Source of the DNA: an uncultured cyanobacterium
GTDB lineage: Bacteria; Cyanobacteriota; Cyanobacteriia; Cyanobacteriales; Nostocaceae
DNA: 64,000 nucleotides
NCBI GenBank assembly: GCA_963740315.1
Contig: CAVUDP010000002.1
Coordinates: 2,304,001 to 2,368,000, forward strand
Reading direction: 5' to 3'
Shown here: in pieces, positions 57,529 through 64,000 of the stretch
Layout of the letters: the number at the start of each line of letters is the position of its first letter
How positions within the stretch are numbered: the first letter of the stretch is position 1
Notes under the pieces: generated by a model
What the model saw: the letters and a program-made list of their open reading frames with translations, nothing else
Told to the model about the DNA's origin: nothing
Databases searched by the model: none
Made by a program: the position numbers and the translations under genes

Positions 57529-59154
57529 CTACCTTTTCAAAAACTTCTGTCGCAAACGACTGACAAAAAGATTCACTTCCGGCAACTTCATCGTTGAAGC
57601 AATAATTCCAAATATTGCCAACCCTACAAAACCAGATATTGATAATTGCAAAAGCTCAATTAAGAAGTTTTCCGAACTAAACAACTGTTCTAAACCCAAA
57701 GAAGTTGCATAACCTGCGGCACCCGCTACAAGGCTACCCGCAGTTAATCCTAATATTGGTAAACCCCATTCTACAAGAGGTAAACCGTTTAATTTACGGT
57801 TGAGTAGGAATAACAACATTAATATTGAACTGCAATTTACTCCTACTGTTGCTAATACCAAACCCGGTGCGCCGAAATCAAAAACTTTGATAAATAGAAA
57901 GTCGAATAAAGCATTAAGAAAAATGTTGATCATACTGATGCGGAATGGTGTATCCCCATCGCCTAAAGCGTAAAATACCCGCACCAAAACATCGCGCCCT
58001 AAATAAACAAACATCCCGATGCCGTTAATAACTAATAAAGAAGCAACTAAGGCTGAATCTTCTGCATTAAAAGCACCGCGTTGATAGACTATCTTGACAA
58101 TTGGGTTTGCTAAAGCCACCATCAAAGCTCCCAAGGGCAGCATTGTAAAAGCACTAAGTAACAATCCCTGACGGATGCGTAATTTTAAATCTCCCCAATC
58201 TTGTGGATCTGCAAGTCGAGCAAACATTGGTAGTAAAGGAACTAAAATTACGCCGGAAATAATTCCTAAAGGGGTTTGTACTAACAATCCAGCATTGGCT
58301 AAAGCGGGTGCAACCTCAGTACTAATAAATGAAGCGAAAAATAAATCGGTGTAAAGGTTAATTGAAAGCATCCCAGAAGAAAAGGTTGCAGGTCCCATAA
58401 TCTTCAGGATTTCTTTTACTCCCGGTTGATTAAAGTCGAATCGCAGCCGAATTCTCCCCATTCCCGCTTTTGCTTGAGCTGCTAGCTGCACAAACCACTG
58501 CAAAAACGCTCCGACTAAAGTTCCCCCCGCTAAGACAGTTCCCCCCAACATCGCGTATTCTGGGGTACTAATTTTGTCACCGACTTGTAGATAAAGAATA
58601 CCCACAGCAACGACAACCGCAGTACTAGAAAACAAAGGACTAATTGAAGGAAGCCAAAATACATTCGCAGCATTCAGCACGCCAAAACCAATACCAATTA
58701 AACCCGCTAAAACCGCCATTGGAGCCATAACTCGCAACTGACGAATAGCAATTTCTCGAACTAACTCCTTACCCGGCTCCAGCAAACCCGGTGCAAAAAC
58801 ATCAATAAATAAAGGTGCAGCAATTACCAAAACAATCGAGACAATAATTAGTATTCCACCAATCAGCGTCATAATAGTTTCTACCAACGGTGCGGCTTCT
58901 TCCCGATCGCGTTTAGCTAAAACACTAACTACAGCACTGTAAAAAGGACCATTGATACCGCCCAGTAATATCAGTAAAAACCCTGGAATCGTATAAGCGT
59001 ATTGAAAACCCGCAAAAGCAGGACCCAAACCATAAGCGGCAGACATAACCAGCTGCCGCACCAAACCAAAAACCTTGCTGATTAAAGTAGCAGCAGCAAC
59101 AATGCCAGCAATTCCAGCAAAAGAACGAGACGGTTTATCCTGTTGTTTCGTCAC
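57529..59154 (-). CDS. murJ: Lipid II flippase MurJ (MviN)
   Basis: SKVFGLVR, GGINGPF, YQRGAF, RVFYALGD..TP; probable GTG start at 59154. Confidence 0.95.
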   Translation of the reverse strand: MTKQQDKPSRSFAGIAGIVAAATLISKVFGLVRQLVMSAAYGLGPAFAGFQYAYTIPGFLLILLGGINGPFYSAVVSVLAKRDREEAAPLVETIMTLIGGILIIVSIVLVIAAPLFIDVFAPGLLEPGKELVREIAIRQLRVMAPMAVLAGLIGIGFGVLNAANVFWLPSISPLFSSTAVVVAVGILYLQVGDKISTPEYAMLGGTVLAGGTLVGAFLQWFVQLAAQAKAGMGRIRLRFDFNQPGVKEILKIMGPATFSSGMLSINLYTDLFFASFISTEVAPALANAGLLVQTPLGIISGVILVPLLPMFARLADPQDWGDLKLRIRQGLLLSAFTMLPLGALMVALANPIVKIVYQRGAFNAEDSALVASLLVINGIGMFVYLGRDVLVRVFYALGDGDTPFRISMINIFLNALFDFLFIKVFDFGAPGLVLATVGVNCSSILMLLFLLNRKLNGLPLVEWGLPILGLTAGSLVAGAAGYATSLGLEQLFSSENFLIELLQLSISGFVGLAIFGIIASTMKLPEVNLFVSRLRQKFLKR

Positions 59155-59360
59155 AAATAATACCCGACAACACTCCACGGAAGATATCTGAAAGTATTTA
59201 ACCTGAAATTGAGTTAATTGTCAGGGAAAATGTGACAAAAAAGGTTAAAGGTTAAAGGTTAAAGGTTAGGAGTTAGGACCACCGGAGTTAGGAATTATTT
59301 TCTACCCCCTCTACCCCCTCTCCCCCTTTCTCCTTGTCCCCCCATCTCCCCATCCCTTCT

Positions 59361-59867
59361 TCATCGGCATCCAAGACTATACCGCGTCTCAACCCCAGTT
59401 TCCGGATTTACTCCCGAAGCGCGATCGCACATTAATTTCACTTGATAGCGATCGACTATGGCATCTGTAAAATCGGCACCAGTAATATCCGCGTCAAAAA
59501 AGCGACTGCGGCTCATTATTGCTTGTGTGAAGTTGACGTTTCTCAGGTTGGCGTTATCCATTGTCACCTGGTCTACCAAGGCTCCTGTAAGGTTTGCGCC
59601 TTCTAAGTTGGCTTTGAGTAAATTGCCTTTGGTAAACATCGCGTTTGTTAAATCGGCACCTTGGAAATTAGCTCCCCGCATTTCAGCTGCAATAAAATTG
59701 ACTCCGATCAACTCTTTATTAGAGAAATCGCGGTTTTCTAAATTTGTACTACTGTAATTAATCGTGTCTATTTGAGCAAAAGCTGGATGAGCATCAAGCA
59801 GTACCCACAACCACGCTAAACACAAAACGAAAACTAAACCCAAAAAGCGAAAAAGAATTTTTTTCAT
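59361..59867 (-). CDS. Exported/lumenal pentapeptide-repeat protein
   Basis: Signal peptide ending AFA; A(D/N)LXX repeats; C..ASGVNPETGVETRYSLGC end. Confidence 0.92.
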   Translation of the reverse strand: MKKILFRFLGLVFVLCLAWLWVLLDAHPAFAQIDTINYSSTNLENRDFSNKELIGVNFIAAEMRGANFQGADLTNAMFTKGNLLKANLEGANLTGALVDQVTMDNANLRNVNFTQAIMSRSRFFDADITGADFTDAIVDRYQVKLMCDRASGVNPETGVETRYSLGCR

Positions 59868-59950
59868 AATCTTAAAATTTTGATAGTGGATAGTGGATAG
59901 TGGTTAGTGGTTAGTAGAACAACCAACAACTAACAACTAACAACTAACAA

Positions 59951-61411
59951 CTACTTCCAATCTTTCCCAATACGAATTGTTAGGTCAGATTCTATATCGC
60001 CAGTGGCAGATACATCAATATGATTGATGCTTAAAATTTTCTGTAATTCGGATGCTGCTTGGTTATTCCCTTTTTGTACGATTATTTCAGATTTTGCTCG
60101 TTCGTCTAACCAGTTAGGTATTGCGTAAACTTTTGTAAAGCCTTGTTTTTTGAGAATTTCGATCGCTTTTTGAGTTTGTTCTGGGCGATCGCCGGTACTT
60201 TGAATAGCAATTCTTAAACTGGTAAGTGACTTGTTGCTTTGCTTGAGGCTAGCTAAGTTTACTCCGGCATAATCGGAAAGTAAGTTGGCTTGTCCGGTCA
60301 AATTCAACCAGTAGCTATCGGGATCTGCACTCAAACGGCTGAAAATTCCCGGTAGCATAGTCATTTGAAAATCGTCTTGCTCCACTTTTAAAGTGAAGTT
60401 GACTAACGCCATCATTTCTTCCAGCTTCAAGTTGGTGTCAAAGTACTTTCGCATTACGCGAGTTAACTGCGGTAAGCGAGGTAATACTTTAGGACTCCAA
60501 AGACGTTCGCGCAAGGCTAACAACATTGTTTGCTGTCGCTGGACTCTTTCTAAATCTCCGGAAGCTTCTTCACGGTAACGGACGAATTGTTCTGCTTGTT
60601 CGCCATTTAAAGTTTGCCAACCAGCAACCAGATCGATCGATAAGTTTTGAGCGGAATCTTTGTACTGCATAGGCTTGGGTACAAATACTTCTACTCCTCC
60701 CAACTGATCTACTAATTGCTGCATTCCAGCGGTTGAAATACGAATGTAGCGATGAATCGGCGCATTACTCAAACTACGACTTACCACCCGCGCAGCTAAA
60801 ACCGGGCCACCAGAAGCGTTTGCTTGGGATACTTTATTTAATCCCTCTTCAGGAATTGAGATCATCGTACCCTTGGGAATCGAAAGTACCCGCACGGTTT
60901 TATCTTGGGGATTAACTCTTACCAACAGCATGGTATCGCTAGTACCAGCAAAACTTTCCGGCGAACCTTCAACCGTACCGGGTACGGGTTCGATTCCCAA
61001 AACCAAAATATTCATTGGTTTTTTGAGTTGGTATTGAGAAATATTACTCCACAAAGCCCCAGGTAATGGTTGATCCTCAGCATCTATTGGGGACCATCCC
61101 AACTCATCTTCAGTTTTATCTGCTCCACTCCATAACGGAGTCCAAAGCGCCAAACTTGATACCAGTAAACCCGATAAAGTGATCCCCATGACAACTGTCA
61201 GAATCCAAAACAGCCATCTGGGCATCGCCAAACCCAGGCGATAATAAAGCTGACTGGGAATAGAACCCGTTTTTTTACTTGACTTTTGTTCAACCGGAAC
61301 TAAGTGATTATCTTCTTGAGCTTGATTTAGTAACTCTTGCTCCCGTTCGTAAGTTTCCCGATCGTTCCAACTTTCTATTTGTTTAACCACAACTAACTCC
61401 CCACTAACCAA
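59951..61411 (-). CDS. LytR-CpsA-Psr (LCP) family protein with LytR_C domain
   Basis: NILVLG, SDTMLL, LSIP, VDQLGGV, FVRYR, DLERVQRQQ, DLTIRIGKDW. Confidence 0.92.
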   Translation of the reverse strand: MVSGELVVVKQIESWNDRETYEREQELLNQAQEDNHLVPVEQKSSKKTGSIPSQLYYRLGLAMPRWLFWILTVVMGITLSGLLVSSLALWTPLWSGADKTEDELGWSPIDAEDQPLPGALWSNISQYQLKKPMNILVLGIEPVPGTVEGSPESFAGTSDTMLLVRVNPQDKTVRVLSIPKGTMISIPEEGLNKVSQANASGGPVLAARVVSRSLSNAPIHRYIRISTAGMQQLVDQLGGVEVFVPKPMQYKDSAQNLSIDLVAGWQTLNGEQAEQFVRYREEASGDLERVQRQQTMLLALRERLWSPKVLPRLPQLTRVMRKYFDTNLKLEEMMALVNFTLKVEQDDFQMTMLPGIFSRLSADPDSYWLNLTGQANLLSDYAGVNLASLKQSNKSLTSLRIAIQSTGDRPEQTQKAIEILKKQGFTKVYAIPNWLDERAKSEIIVQKGNNQAASELQKILSINHIDVSATGDIESDLTIRIGKDWK

Positions 61412-61504
61412 TCCCTAACGTAATCTTAATTCAAGCTAAAAATATTGCCACTTTAAAAGCCCACTGTACACTTGAAGTGTCGTAAATTAGGTAGGTAAGA
61501 CAAC

Positions 61505-62569
61505 ATGACTAGTCGATTGTTCCCAGTAATTCTTGCAGGTGGTAAAGGCGAACGTTTTTGGCCCCTTTCTCGACGAACCCGACCCAAACAATTTTTAAAT
61601 CTTGATGGCACTTCTCGAAGCTTAATGCAAGCCACTGCCGATAGGTTGTTGCCGCTGACTGATGGTTGGGATTCCTTATGGGTAATAACTTCTAGTCTCA
61701 TAGCAGAAGGTGTGAAAGAACAATTACCAGAATTGCCTGAAAACAACTTGCTTGTAGAACCACAAGGAAGAGATACGGCAGCAGCAGTTGCCTGGGCTAG
61801 TTTAGAAATTAAAAAGCGTTACGGTGAAGACGCGATCGTTGGTTTTTTCCCTGCCGATCACTGGATTGCCGACCAAGAAGCTTTTGCAAGTACATTAAAT
61901 GCAGCAGCAGAGTTAGCGGCACAAAATCCGGCGATCGTAACTTTGGGGATCAAACCAACATTTCCATCAACAGGCTACGGCTACATAGAGCAAGGTGAAA
62001 AATTTGGTAGCTTTAACAACTTGCCAGCCTATCACGTTAACCGCTTTACTGAAAAGCCCGACCGCGACACGGCGGAAACTTTTTTACAAACGGGACGCTT
62101 TAGCTGGAATAGCGGAATGTTTATTTTTAGAGCAGGCGTTGTGATTAAAGAGCTATATACTCATGCTCCGGAAATCATCGAACCCATCGATAAAAACGGT
62201 CCCGAAATTTATCCCCAACTGCCCAAACTAAGCGTAGACTATGCCTTAATGGAAAAAACCAATTTGGCATACGTCTTACCAGTAGAATTTGGCTGGGACG
62301 ATTTAGGAGATTGGAACGCCATTGAAAGACTGCTCAAAAAAGAAAAAGAACCAAACGTCGAATTAGCTACTCATGTAGGATTAGACACCAAAGGAGCCAT
62401 TCTTTATGCCAGCGATGAAGATGATGTAATTGTTACTATCGGGCTTGAAGATGTAGTTGTCGTTCGCGACAAAAATGTCACCCTGATTGTTAAAAAAGAA
62501 CGCACCCAAGAAATCAAGCAGGTACTCAAAACTCTACAATCCGATTCCCGCTTTACCGAATTACTTTAA
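61505..62569 (+). CDS. manC: Mannose-1-phosphate guanylyltransferase
   Basis: VILAGGKGERFWPLSR..PKQF, EPQGRDTA, PADH, TGYGYI, FTEKP, WNSGMF, WDDLGDW. Confidence 0.93.
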   Translation: MTSRLFPVILAGGKGERFWPLSRRTRPKQFLNLDGTSRSLMQATADRLLPLTDGWDSLWVITSSLIAEGVKEQLPELPENNLLVEPQGRDTAAAVAWASLEIKKRYGEDAIVGFFPADHWIADQEAFASTLNAAAELAAQNPAIVTLGIKPTFPSTGYGYIEQGEKFGSFNNLPAYHVNRFTEKPDRDTAETFLQTGRFSWNSGMFIFRAGVVIKELYTHAPEIIEPIDKNGPEIYPQLPKLSVDYALMEKTNLAYVLPVEFGWDDLGDWNAIERLLKKEKEPNVELATHVGLDTKGAILYASDEDDVIVTIGLEDVVVVRDKNVTLIVKKERTQEIKQVLKTLQSDSRFTELL

Positions 62570-62769
62570 AGTCGCTATTCACTATAGAGTAACTATGTCT
62601 TAAGGATTATCGAGACGGCGATTGGGTAAAAGGAAATACAAAAAATCCACCGTACCCAATCGCCCAAAATCCATAACCTAATACCTAAAGTCAAAATATA
62701 GAAACAAAACTTCAAACTCTTGACAGAAGCATAAAAGCTAATTTTTCTACTAGTATAACTATTCGGTCA

Positions 62770-62952
62770 ACAGTTAGCAGTTACCAGTGACCAGTTAAGA
62801 GAGAGGGGGTAGAAGGGGTAGAGGGGGTAGAGGGGGTAGAAAATATTTAACTCCTAACTTTTAACTCCTAACTCCTAACTATTCCCAATGCCCAATGCCC
62901 AATGCCCAATGCCCAATGCCCAATGCCCAATTCCCAATGCCCAATGCCCAAT
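62770..62952. repeat. Composite STRR array ((GGGGTAGA)n, (CTCCTAA)n, (CCCAATG)n)
   Basis: Direct reading. Confidence 0.9.
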
Positions 62953-62972
62953 ACACTAATTCTTATTAAAAA

Positions 62973-64000
62973 ATGTTTCTAACTCAAACCGTTCCTCGTC
63001 AAAGAGAAATTATTGAAGTTTTATTCCGCAATGGCTGGGATTATATGCGGCGGTTGATTACTCTTGGTAAAGCCGATGAACCCCAGTTACCTCCTCCTGC
63101 GGTGTTGAAGAATATTTTGGTGGATTTGGGTCCTGTTTATGTAAAACTGGGTCAATTACTTTCTACTCGTCCGGATTTGTTGAGTGCGTCTTATATTGAC
63201 GAACTTTCAACGCTACAAGATGATGTACCCCCGGTTGCTTGGGCTGATGTAGAAATACTTATTCGCAAGCAGTTAAAAGGACCTTTAGAAGAAAGCTTTG
63301 CCACGATTAATCCCGTACCTGTAGCTGCGGGTTCGATCGCTCAAACACATAAAGCGATTTTAAAAACTGGTCAAGAAGTTGCAATGAAGGTGCAGCGTCC
63401 TGGTATTGATCTGATTGTTGACCAAGATATTGCTTTAATTCAAGGAATAGCCGAATTAGTCGCTCGGACTGATTTTGGACAAGCTAACGAAATTAAGTCG
63501 ATCGCCGATGAATTTTGTACCGCGCTAAAAGCAGAATTAGATTTTACGCGAGAAGCTGGCTTTACCGATCAGCTACGACGCAATTTATCTGAAGGTACCT
63601 GGTTCGATCCTAATGATATAGTAGTTGCCAAAATCTACTGGGAATTAACCTCGGCAAAATTAATGGTGATGGAATGGCTTGATGGTGCGCCCATTTTATC
63701 GGCAACTATACCCAATGAAAATAATAAAGATACCGATGGGGTAACAGAGCGTCAAAGAGTTACCAGCTTGTTATTTGCTGTTTTTTGTCAGCAATTATAT
63801 GTAGACGGTTTCTTTCATGCAGATCCCCATCCCGGCAACATATTTTATCTCAATGACGGTCGCGTTGCCTTGTTAGACTGCGGTATGGTAGGAAGACTCG
63901 ACCCCCGCACCCAACAAATATTGATCGAAATGCTGCTGGCGATCGTGGATTTAGATGCTCCCCGATGCGCTCAGTTAACTTTGCAGCTATCGGGTTCATC
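62973..64000 (+). CDS. ABC1/UbiB/AarF-family atypical kinase (3' truncated; not in the ORF track)
   Basis: [67 protein letters not shown]. Confidence 0.92.
   Translation, partial: MFLTQTVPRQREIIEVLFRNGWDYMRRLITLGKADEPQLPPPAVLKNILVDLGPVYVKLGQLLSTRPDLLSASYIDELSTLQDDVPPVAWADVEILIRKQLKGPLEESFATINPVPVAAGSIAQTHKAILKTGQEVAMKVQRPGIDLIVDQDIALIQGIAELVARTDFGQANEIKSIADEFCTALKAELDFTREAGFTDQLRRNLSEGTWFDPNDIVVAKIYWELTSAKLMVMEWLDGAPILSATIPNENNKDTDGVTERQRVTSLLFAVFCQQLYVDGFFHADPHPGNIFYLNDGRVALLDCGMVGRLDPRTQQILIEMLLAIVDLDAPRCAQLTLQLSGS

Overview
A 64-kb AT-rich chromosomal window from a filamentous, probably heterocyst-forming cyanobacterium (Nostocales, possibly Rivularia/Calothrix-like). This is an inference from frequent HIP1 GCGATCGC octamers, STRR-type heptamer/octamer tandem arrays, and Uma2, XisI, pentapeptide and HstK-type kinase genes. 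The left third is an alpha-glucan/trehalose and stress region: Na+/H+ antiporter, GH31, treS-mak/glgX/treZ/treY, divergent malQ, three PRC-barrel/DUF2382 genes, and later a GH57. The rest is a mosaic of signalling, transport, envelope and accessory genes. No rRNA, tRNA, CRISPR array, integrase or transposase was seen. The most unusual signals are: (1) a layered set of tiny non-autonomous repeats, including long-loop GTAG REP doublets bracketing nuclease-type accessory genes and abutting truncated ones, nested mini-hairpin insertions, a 27-bp insertion in a HIP1 site that breaks a gene, and a REP that supplies the same C-terminus to two unrelated proteins; (2) a DCL(DUF3223)-HNH fusion gene; (3) a TreS fusion whose maltokinase domain lacks the catalytic Asp; (4) an atypical alpha-oxoamine synthase divergent from a giant Ser/Thr-His kinase; (5) a translationally coupled small protein/clan AA aspartic protease pair. 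All family calls come from motif recognition by eye; no database searches were run.
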